Positions 35,354 to 42,985 of a stretch of 64,000 nucleotides of DNA are shown here, piece after piece (the stretch's first letter is position 1; every line of letters begins with the position of its first letter). The notes beneath the pieces are model-generated. The model was given only the letters and a program-made list of their open reading frames with translations, was not told where the DNA came from and did no database searches. The DNA comes from an uncultured Chloroflexia bacterium (lineage in GTDB: Bacteria > Chloroflexota > Limnocylindria > Limnocylindrales > CSP1-4). Made by a program: the position numbers and the translations under genes. Where the stretch lies: positions 72,084 through 136,083 of the forward strand of contig CAWIFB010000006.1 in the NCBI GenBank assembly GCA_963835335.1, written 5' to 3'.

Positions 35354-37614
35354 TCAGAGCCGGACGGTGACGCGCACATCGCCCGTGCGCCGGAGCACCT
35401 CCGCGCTCGTCGTTCCGCGCCATCGATGGAACAGCAGGTCGACGCGCGCTGCGCCGATCGGCAGGTCGCGGACGCGGATCATCGCGAGGTCCGGCGGCAG
35501 GACAGGGCGCACGATCTCCAGCTCCCCCCGTGGCGCGTTGGGGACGAGCCCCAGCATCGTGGTGAGGAGGCTCAGCGTCGCGGCTGCTGCCCATGCCTGG
35601 GGCCTGCACGACACGGGATGGACGACCGGGGCGCCGACCGCCTCGCGGTCGAACCCGCAGAAGTGCTCCGGCAGCCGGAACCCGGGTGCACGCCGGGCGG
35701 CGTCGAGGACGGCCCAGGCCACCGCGGTCGCCTCATCGTGGAGGCCGTAGCGCTTGAGCCCCGCCGCGGCGATGGCGCTGTCGTGCGGCCACACGGATCC
35801 GGTGTGGTAGCCGAGCGGGTTGAACCCTGTCTGGCCGGCTCCATAGGTCCGGATCCCCCATCCCGAGAACAACGGCGGCGACAGCAGGTTGCGCGCCACC
35901 GCCGGCGCGCGGTGCTCCGGCACGGCGCCGGCCCACAGGCAGTGGCCCACGTTCGATGCCATGGCATCGGCGATCCCGGTGGCGGCGAGTGCCATCGCGT
36001 AGCGCTCGTCGTCGGCCCGCCAGAACCGCGCATCGAAACGCTCTGCCAGGTCGGTCGCAGCCCGGTCGAGGCCGTCGGCGAGCGCGTGCTCGCCGCGAGC
36101 GCGCGCAAGTGGGGCAATGCGTCGCCGCGCTTCGATGGCGTAGGCCTGGACCTCGGCCAGGGCGATGGGCGGGTCCAGGATGCGCCCATCACGATCCCGC
36201 ACCGCGTCGGACGAGTCCTTCCAGCCCTGGTTGCGCAGGCCACCGGGCGCCCGGGTCTGGTAGACGAGGAACCCGTCGGCGTCACGCGGGGCGTGCTCGA
36301 GCCAGCCCAGGGCACGGATCGCATGCGGCCACAGGCGGTCGACGAGCGCATCGTGACCCGTCCAGGCGACCGTCTCGGCCAGGAGCATGAGCCACAGCGG
36401 TGTCGCATCCACCGATCCGTAGTACCGCGCGAACGGGGTCTCGCCGACCCGCGCCATCTCGCCGGTGCGCAGCTCGTGGAGGATCTTTCCCGGCTCCGCG
36501 TCGGCGGCAGGATCGTCCCGGTCCGCCTGGAGCCGCGCGAGCACGGTCAGCGCATCCTCGGCAAGCTCGGGCAGGAACGGCAGGGCGGCGAAGGCGGCGA
36601 TCAGCGAATCGCGGCCGAACAGGGTTGCGAACCAGGGGATCCCGGCGGCGAGGAAGTGCTCGCCCGGGCCGGGTCCGGGGGTGCGGAGGAGGGCCAGGTC
36701 GGCGATCGCACGATCGATGATCAGGTTGACGATCTCGTCATCGGTCTCGAGCGTGGCCGCGGCGGAGGGCTCGGGCGCCTCGCCGGGCGCGGGCCCGACG
36801 GCGGTGGACGCGGCATGCGCCGGCGCTTCGCGTGTCCGTTGGACCATCCGGCGGTCACCCGCCACCCAAGCTCGGCCTTCGCCGCGGGCGGCATGGCGAT
36901 CGACCAGTCGGCCGCGGTCGACGCGGGTTCGGTGGCGGCCGCGGCTGCCACCGCGTCCGGGGCGGTGTCGAACTCGACCCTGGTTGTCAGCACCAGCCCG
37001 TCGGTTGCCCGGTAGCGGAACGTCGTGGTCCCCTCGTCGACCGTCGCGGGGAGAACCGTTCCGCGCCGTGGTCGCCGGCGACCCCGCACCTCGAAGATGT
37101 CGGCGCCGTCCGCGTCCAGCAGCAGCCGGATCGCGAGACGCTGCGGCCGTTCGGTGTAGTTGGTGATCACGAGCCGCTCGACGAGCGCCGGCGGCTCGAT
37201 CCGGCGGATCCGCTGGAGCCCGATGGACTGCCGCGGCAGCGCGATCGTGACATCGATCCCGGGGGAGGGGTACGCGGCGAGTTCGGGGTTGGTCAGCTGC
37301 ACGACGCCGGCGGCCGCGCCCGCCGGGTCCTCGCGCAGCAGGGTCGGAGGGTCGCCCTCGACGAGCAGGGCGAGCGTCGACAGCGCCCGGGTGTCGCCCA
37401 TGTAGAGCCCGAGGCCGCGCCGATCAGGGACGATGTCCCCGCGTTCGTCGGCCAGGAGGACGAGGGCGCCCGCCTTGAGGACCCCGACCGAGCCGAGATC
37501 CGTCGCGGCGATGACCGGCCGGGGGCGCGCCGGGATCCGACGCGACGCTCCGCTGGTGCGCGTCGGGCTCACGCAGGCCAGGTGCCCGTGTCCACCAGTG
37601 CCTTGACCCTCCAT
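35354..37614 (-). pseudogene. Amylo-alpha-1,6-glucosidase / glycogen-debranching-enzyme-family protein (N-terminal GDE_N-type domain plus (alpha/alpha)6 catalytic domain) with an apparent frameshift
   Basis: The N-part (ORF 36721..37614) reads LKAGALVLLADERGDIVPDRRGLGLYMGDTR.... The C-part (ORF 35354..36865) reads AAGIPWFATLFGRDSLI...YYGSVDATPLW...GYHTGSVWPHD. The frames switch near 36845-36865. Confidence 0.8.
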
Positions 37615-37851
37615 GCGCCGGGCGGGAGCCGCAGGCGCGGCCGCATCCCGTGCGGGGCAACGTTCGCGGATCGCCCGCCGCCGGCGCGCCGCCAGGCCGC
37701 CCGATGGCGTTGCATCGGGGTTGCAGCGTCGCAGCGTCGCTGCGAAGCGCGCCGGCGTCGTGGATCCGGTCGCGGATCCGGTCGCGGGACACGAGCGAGG
37801 ACCCCCAGCCGAAGCCGGAGGTCCTCGCGTCGCGGGGGGCTTACCAGACGG

Positions 37852-38061
37852 TCACCGGGGATCGTCGGTGTGGTCGTCCATCTCTCGCCGCATGTCGTCG
37901 CCGGCGTTCCGGATATCGTCGCCGGCGTTGCCGACGGCGTCGCGAACATCGTCCCCGACATTCGCGGCCTTGTCTCCGAGATCCTCCTCGCCATCGGCCT
38001 TGCGCCAGGCCTCCTTGGCGTCGTTCTTCACCCCGCGGTAGTCCTTCTTGAGATCCTGCAT
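37852..38061 (-). CDS. Small acidic protein with GDD-repeat motifs (stress-protein-like, hypothetical)
   Basis: GGAGG, then 7 nt, then ATG 38061. MQDLKKDYRGVKNDAKEAWRKADGEEDLGDKAANVGDDVRDAVGNAGDDIRNAGDDMRREM. Confidence 0.55.
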   Translation of the reverse strand: MQDLKKDYRGVKNDAKEAWRKADGEEDLGDKAANVGDDVRDAVGNAGDDIRNAGDDMRREMDDHTDDPR

Positions 38062-38348
38062 CGGTGGGCCTCCATTCATGCCTGCGCCCTGCAGGCACGC
38101 TGCCACCGTAGGCCCCGGGATCTGTCGGCGGTCATCTGCGCGTGGGCGTCCTCGTTTCAGGCCCCTTGCATCGCGGGACCACCCGAGCTGCATCGCGACA
38201 CCTCGGGGGCGCCGGCGATGGCGCTGGGCTCCGGGCCCGAGCACGAATGCAAGGACGATGTCACGCGCCGGCGATGACCCGAGGTTCCGGCCGCACGCAC
38301 GCTGCTCCTAGCCTGACGTCAACCAATGACACACGCGGACAAGGCACC

Positions 38349-39032
38349 ATGAACAAGCTGTTTGACGACGCGATCGCGGCTCTCGGGACGGTGATCGCAA
38401 CGCCCCTGGCACAAGGGATCCTGAGCATCGGCTGGGCCTGCCTCCTGATCCTGTGGATCGCGGCCGCCGCATGGGCATTCCGCGATGCGGGGCTCCGGGT
38501 CGACAACCAGCTGGCCCCGGCAGGGGTGGCGGTTCTGGTCCTTGCCGCGACGCCGCTCGCCTTCCCCCTCGGGATCGTCGTCTACCGCCTGGTCCGGCCA
38601 CAGGAAACGCTGGCGGATGCGAGTGAGCGACGCCTGGCCCTGGCAACCCTGGAGGCTGCCGCCGACCAGGACCGGTGCCCGGCCTGCGACGCCCGGACCG
38701 ACGAGTCATGGGTTCGATGCCCTGCATGCGGGACCACGCTCCGCATCCCCTGCCCGCACTGCTCGTCCCTCGTGGAGCCAGCCTGGACGATCTGCCCATG
38801 GTGCGTCGCGGAGCTGTCCGCATCGCCGGACTCGCGACCCGTCGTGTGGCCGGTCCCGACCGTCGAGGCGGCCGACCGGTCACCGATCCGCAGGATCCTG
38901 GGTGTGCTCCCCAGGTCGGCAGCCTCAAGCGCGCCCGCCGGTCCAGCGCCTCGCCGATCCGCCGGACGCGCGCGGCGACTGCGGGGCCTGCCCAACCCGC
39001 AGGCGGCTGCCGGGCGACCGGCCCAGGGCTGA
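38349..39032 (+). CDS. Membrane protein with a double zinc-ribbon domain
   Basis: ATG 38349. Two TM helices. CPACDARTDESWVRCPACGTTLRIPCPHCSSLVEPAWTICPWC. The C-terminal tail is low-complexity, so the 3' end is uncertain. Confidence 0.7.
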   Translation: MNKLFDDAIAALGTVIATPLAQGILSIGWACLLILWIAAAAWAFRDAGLRVDNQLAPAGVAVLVLAATPLAFPLGIVVYRLVRPQETLADASERRLALATLEAAADQDRCPACDARTDESWVRCPACGTTLRIPCPHCSSLVEPAWTICPWCVAELSASPDSRPVVWPVPTVEAADRSPIRRILGVLPRSAASSAPAGPAPRRSAGRARRLRGLPNPQAAAGRPAQG

Positions 39033-39150
39033 TCGGGGCTGATCGGCGGATCATTGAGGCGCTGTTTGCCTCCCGACGTGATCGGGTCAGCGACCCGCGT
39101 GCATCTGGGTACGAAACCGCCAGCTCCGTTCAGCGAGTCATTGCCTCGGC

Positions 39151-39510
39151 TCATTGCCCCGGCGGCAAGATCAGCAGCGGGCTGCCGTCACCGCCGATGA
39201 CGCAGGCGCCATCGATCGGATCGCCTGCGCGGAAGACCACCTTCCCGGACGCATCGAGCACAGCGAGATCCGGATCGAACCGTGCGCTGAAGCCGTACGG
39301 CCAGACGATCTCGCGTCGTCCACCCGCGGGATCGACCATCCAGGCCAGCCGGGGATCGGTCGGGCTTCCTGCGAGCGTCGCGACCGTGCCGATCCCCGCG
39401 CAAGGGTTGTTGCCCTGGGGGAGCGTCGGAAGCGACGGACTGGGCATTGGCGTTGCCCCACACGCCGCGATCAGGACGACCACGGTCCCGACGAGCAGTC
39501 CACGTTTCAT
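39151..39510 (-). CDS. Lipoprotein (hypothetical)
   Basis: GGAGGGAG RBS plus ATG 39510. Lipobox VVVLIAACG. The ORF-track extension up to 40065 is Arg/Pro/Ser-rich sequence that does not look protein-like. Confidence 0.65.
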   Translation of the reverse strand: MKRGLLVGTVVVLIAACGATPMPSPSLPTLPQGNNPCAGIGTVATLAGSPTDPRLAWMVDPAGGRREIVWPYGFSARFDPDLAVLDASGKVVFRAGDPIDGACVIGGDGSPLLILPPGQ

Positions 39511-39641
39511 GATCCCGGCTCCCTCCAACGACGCAACGCTACCCCCAACCGAACACGACACAAGGGCCTCAGTGGCCGTGGCGGGGCGATGAGCGTGTCG
39601 AGGCAGCTCGCGAGCCGCGCCCGCAGGTAGCCGGACGCACG

Positions 39642-39699
39642 TTGGGGCCGACGAGGACGAGCTCGGGGCCGACAAGGGACGAGCGGCCGAGGGACGAGC
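39642..39699. repeat. Imperfect 21-22-bp tandem repeat (GGGGCCGACRAGGRACGAGC), about 2.7 units
   Basis: Units at 39642-39662 and 39663-39684, with a partial unit at 39685-39699. It lies in an otherwise unassigned ~600-bp gap. Confidence 0.7.
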
Positions 39700-40127
39700 C
39701 ACGGCGGCCCGGTCGGCGCCGACCACGACGGACCGACCAGGTCCAGTGAAGGTCGCCGACCGGGCGGGCCACCATGACCCGATGCTGCTTTGGGCCGCCC
39801 TCGAGCCAGTGGCGGATCCGACGCGGCGGGGCGTCCGCCAGGTCCCGTTGGCGGCTCCCGAGGATGGGAGCGGCCTGGGCTCTCGTGCGATGGCCGGCGG
39901 CGTGGCCGGCCTCGACGGAAGCGGGACGTCGACCCCGTGAACGCGGGACCGGCGATGACGTGTCGCGTCCGGGTTGGCCGCGACGCCTTGAACTGTCCGC
40001 TCCAGCGGCCTGCGTGCCGAGTTTCGCGAGCGTCCGGGTCCGTAACGGATACGTTGCAGCGGCACGACGCCCGGACGGGGCCGGCTACCTGCCGAGCTGC
40101 CAGCTCCTCGGCGCGTCGGCGCGCCTA

Positions 40128-40391
40128 CTATCGGTGGCCGCGGCCCCAGGTGCCGTCGTCGGATGTCGCGTCGTCATCGTCATCCGCCGGTCCCGGAAAC
40201 CGGGGAGGGTGCACTGCCTGGCGCCGCACGTACTCAGAGCGTATCCGCCGCTCCTCGTCGGCGGCGCGCGCCGCCTGGGCCCGGCAGTGGGGGCAGTCCG
40301 GGCAGGTCCCGACCGGGAGGCGTGCAACGAGCGCCCCCACGACCAGGCTGCCGACCCCGACCAGGCCCACGATCGCCGTCGCATCAGACAT
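40128..40391 (-). CDS. Small membrane protein with a CPDCPHC motif (hypothetical)
   Basis: ATG 40391. TM helix AIVGLVGVGSLVVGALVA, then CPDCPHC and a poly-Asp tail. Confidence 0.4.
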   Translation of the reverse strand: MSDATAIVGLVGVGSLVVGALVARLPVGTCPDCPHCRAQAARAADEERRIRSEYVRRQAVHPPRFPGPADDDDDATSDDGTWGRGHR

Positions 40392-40416
40392 CACGGCTGG
40401 TCCTTCCGCGGCCGGT

Positions 40417-40470
40417 GCCACTGACCGTGGCGGCGCCACTTGCTGTGGCGGCGCCACTCACCGTGGCGGC
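40417..40470. repeat. Imperfect 18-bp tandem repeat x3 (GCCACTNNNCGTGGCGGC)
   Basis: Units at 40417-40434, 40435-40452 and 40453-40470. It is intergenic, directly upstream of the start at 40391. Confidence 0.8.
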
Positions 40471-40545
40471 GGTCACCGGAGGGCGGCCACACGCCGGATC
40501 GTGAGCAAGCCGGCCGGCGCGCGACCAGGCTTCCGCCGCCAGACA

Positions 40546-40752
40546 TCACGTCTCCGACGCACTCCCGGTGCTCCAGCGCCGCGAGTACTCCTCGGTGTGC
40601 TGGGCCCGGTCATCGGCGGCCGTCGCCGCCATCACCTGCAGGACCTCATCGACCGGACGGTCGTTCTGGACCGCGACGTCCCGGAGGTCTTCGTAGGTGA
40701 GGTTGTCGCCCATCTTCTGGTGAGCGTCACCGCATCCGCAGGTCAGGCACAT
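40546..40752 (-). CDS. Small protein with an N-terminal MCLTCGCG Cys cluster (putative metal-binding, hypothetical)
   Basis: MCLTCGCGDAHQKMGDNLTYEDLRDVAVQNDRPVDEVLQVM. The N-terminal C-x2-C-x-C plus His pattern resembles a conserved small actinobacterial family whose function I do not know. Confidence 0.55.
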   Translation of the reverse strand: MCLTCGCGDAHQKMGDNLTYEDLRDVAVQNDRPVDEVLQVMAATAADDRAQHTEEYSRRWSTGSASET

Positions 40753-40806
40753 GTCGTTCCTCCAATCATCATTCCGACGCGACCGGCACGGGCGCGCCGC
40801 TCGTGT

Positions 40807-40938
40807 CTAGCGCAGCAGGTTCAGCAGCGCGCAGGCTGCCAGACCGATCCCGGCGACGAGGATCTCCAGGATCCGCATCGAGCGCTCATCGACCGGGGTC
40901 TTGGCTGGTTGATCGGTACGGGTCGTCCACTCAGTCAT
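40807..40938 (-). CDS. 43-aa single-TM small ORF (weak call, below the ORF-track length cutoff)
   Basis: My own translation is MTEWTTRTDQPAKTPVDERSMRILEILVAGIGLAACALLNLLR*. It is preceded by GGAAGGTGG. Confidence 0.3.
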   Translation of the reverse strand: MTEWTTRTDQPAKTPVDERSMRILEILVAGIGLAACALLNLLR

Positions 40939-40973
40939 GATCTGGCCACCTTCCCAGCTCGCCGAAGCGAGAG

Positions 40974-41378
40974 CTAGACATCAGCACTGCTGCGGCCGAT
41001 GCCGGCCGCGGCGAGGATCACGAGCTCGAGGATCGTCCAGCCGACCAGGGCAACAATGGCTGCGACGTCGAGGACCGACCCGCTGGCATGGACGGCGTCG
41101 GTTCGAAGGATCCCTTCGAACGGTGCGACGAGCGGTGCGCTCAGGTTGTAGATGCCCTGGACCAGCCCGTTGCCCCGATCGGCGTCGAGTGCGAGCAGGA
41201 TGATTCGAAGGCCGATCACCAGCTGGATCAATCCGAAGATGAACGTGATGATCCGGCGGATCACCTCCACGCCACTCGGGTACCGGCTGACGCGCTCGCT
41301 GACGACCGACCGGCTTGTCGCCGGCGATTCGACACTGTCGCTCGAGACGCGACGAACGGTCACTTGCTGCTCATCCAT
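40974..41378 (-). CDS. YggT-family membrane protein
   Basis: IRRIITFIFGLIQLVIGLRIILLAL...LSAPLVAPFEGIL...VAAIVALVGWTILELVI gives the two-repeat YggT-like topology. Confidence 0.75.
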   Translation of the reverse strand: MDEQQVTVRRVSSDSVESPATSRSVVSERVSRYPSGVEVIRRIITFIFGLIQLVIGLRIILLALDADRGNGLVQGIYNLSAPLVAPFEGILRTDAVHASGSVLDVAAIVALVGWTILELVILAAAGIGRSSADV

Positions 41379-41627
41379 GAGGATCCCTCCTCGTTCTGAT
41401 GTCGTTTGGCCGGCCCGAGGTTCGCTCCCGGGCCGTGCTCACGAGGCTTGCACATGACCCGCCCGGCGCAGCGTTTCGCGGTGTCACCGGCGTGTTACAG
41501 GCGCATCGGGTGGGCACATCCGCAACGCGGCCGCAAGGCCGGACGGACGCGAGCGGGACTCATGCCGGGCAAAAAGAAGGACCGACGACGCGGCGTTGGC
41601 CGCATCGTCGGCTGGGGTTTGCCGCGG

Positions 41628-41850
41628 TCAGGAGGCGGACGGTGCGGCGCTCTCGAGGACCGGGGCGCTCTCGCTCGGAGCCATCGACGGCGACTCGGAC
41701 ATGGAGGGCAGCTCCATGGACGGCGACGTGATGGGTGCGGACGACTCGGCGCCGGGGATGGTCGGGCTGGACGAGGTGCCATTGCAGGCGGCAACGCCGA
41801 TGCGCGACGGTTCCGCTCAGTGCCAGGGTCAGGAGAACGCGCTTGATCAT
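41628..41850 (-). pseudogene. Ser/Pro-rich lipoprotein (hypothetical) with an apparent frameshift inside the signal peptide
   Basis: The gene starts ATG 41850 MIKRVLLTLALSGTVA. A frame change near 41800-41808 gives IGVAACNGTSSSPTIPGAESSAP...SAAPSAS* with lipobox VAAC and stop at 41628-41630. As written, the ORF continues as Arg/His-rich sequence that does not look protein-like. Confidence 0.45.
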
Positions 41851-41864
41851 GGTGTTACCTCGGC

Positions 41865-41888
41865 TGACTGGTTGACTGGGTTGACTGG
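41865..41888. repeat. Three closely spaced TGACTGG heptamers
   Basis: cTGACTGGtTGACTGGgtTGACTGGgg lies 14 nt upstream of the lipoprotein start codon. Confidence 0.6.
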
Positions 41889-42061
41889 GGGGATCCGAAT
41901 GGCCGAAGGCTCACTCGAGAACGCCCGAAACCTAGCCACACCCACCGTGCAACGGCCTGACGGACGACAGCGCGACGCCTTGCACGAACGTCACAAGAGA
42001 TCCCGTCGACTGGCCCGCGTCATCCGCACCCGGAGGCCAGGGCGAGCGGGCGGATGTTCCC

Positions 42062-42895
42062 CTACGCCCGACGATCGGCGACCGCGATCGCGCCGGCCGC
42101 ATCCGGACTGGCGAGGCCGGGCAGCGCGTCCCGGAGCGCCGCCACGGTCCTCGGGGCCCGGCGCAGGGATGGGTCCAGGATCGCGTCGATCGGCGTGTAG
42201 TCGATCATCGTCGCGGCGTCGGCGACCTCGATCCGGTGCCCGCCCACGCCCGCCGGGCACGCGAAGAAGTCACCGGCACTCAGGAGCTCGATCTCCCCGC
42301 TCTGCCAGTGCAGGAGCATCGTGCCGTCGATGACCTGGCCCCAATGGGGAAGCTCGCACCAGCCGTCGCCGAACCCGCCGATGGGGCCGAAGATGGACCG
42401 GGTGAACACCCAGCGGCCCATCACGGCTGACACGGTATGGACGGTCCCGGCGGTCCCGGTCCGCGCCCGCGCCCCCACGATCCGGACCTCCGTGGGCGGC
42501 AGGTGCGGAACGGATGTCCTGCGCACGGATTCGATGCCGCGGGCGCGACGCCCCTCGGGCGAGTCGTCGATCTCCGCGGTCACGGGCGCGAAACCGGCGA
42601 TCACCGCGCGTCCCTCGGCGAAGAACCGATGGGTCCGTCCGGGGGCCACGTAGAAGGCGGTCCCAGGCCCGAACACGCGCTCGTGGCGGCCGCGCAGCAG
42701 GATCTCGCCCTGGTGGACGATCCCCCAGTGCTCCCGGCTGCAGGGTTCATCAAGGCTGGTACCGGCCGATCCCGTGGGTGGAACCTCCGCGAGGAAGAAC
42801 GCCGCCTCGCCCAGGACGGCGTATCGCGTGAGCACGCCGCGCGATCGAACGGCTCTGCAGTTCCCGAGGTGAGACGCGCATCGCCCCTCCAACAT
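42062..42895 (-). CDS. Bicupin protein (two cupin barrels)
   Basis: Two cupin-like modules: HWGIVHQGEILLRGR...FYVAPGRTHRFF and HWGQVIDGTMLLHWQSGE...FFACPAGVGGHRIE. Confidence 0.7.
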   Translation of the reverse strand: MLEGRCASHLGNCRAVRSRGVLTRYAVLGEAAFFLAEVPPTGSAGTSLDEPCSREHWGIVHQGEILLRGRHERVFGPGTAFYVAPGRTHRFFAEGRAVIAGFAPVTAEIDDSPEGRRARGIESVRRTSVPHLPPTEVRIVGARARTGTAGTVHTVSAVMGRWVFTRSIFGPIGGFGDGWCELPHWGQVIDGTMLLHWQSGEIELLSAGDFFACPAGVGGHRIEVADAATMIDYTPIDAILDPSLRRAPRTVAALRDALPGLASPDAAGAIAVADRRA

Positions 42896-42985
42896 CCGCG
42901 TGGCTACCGATGCCGTCGAACGGAATGGCAGCCTACCGCACGTCCGCCGTACCGTCGACCGTGGGCTGCGACGGCGGTCGCCGGA

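Noticed and set aside
41400-41440. GGCCCG-AGGTTCGCTC-CGGGCC, whose GGTTCG looked like a tRNA T-arm.
   Set aside because: No acceptor, D or anticodon arms can be built around it. It is just a short hairpin in the intergenic region downstream of the lipoprotein gene.
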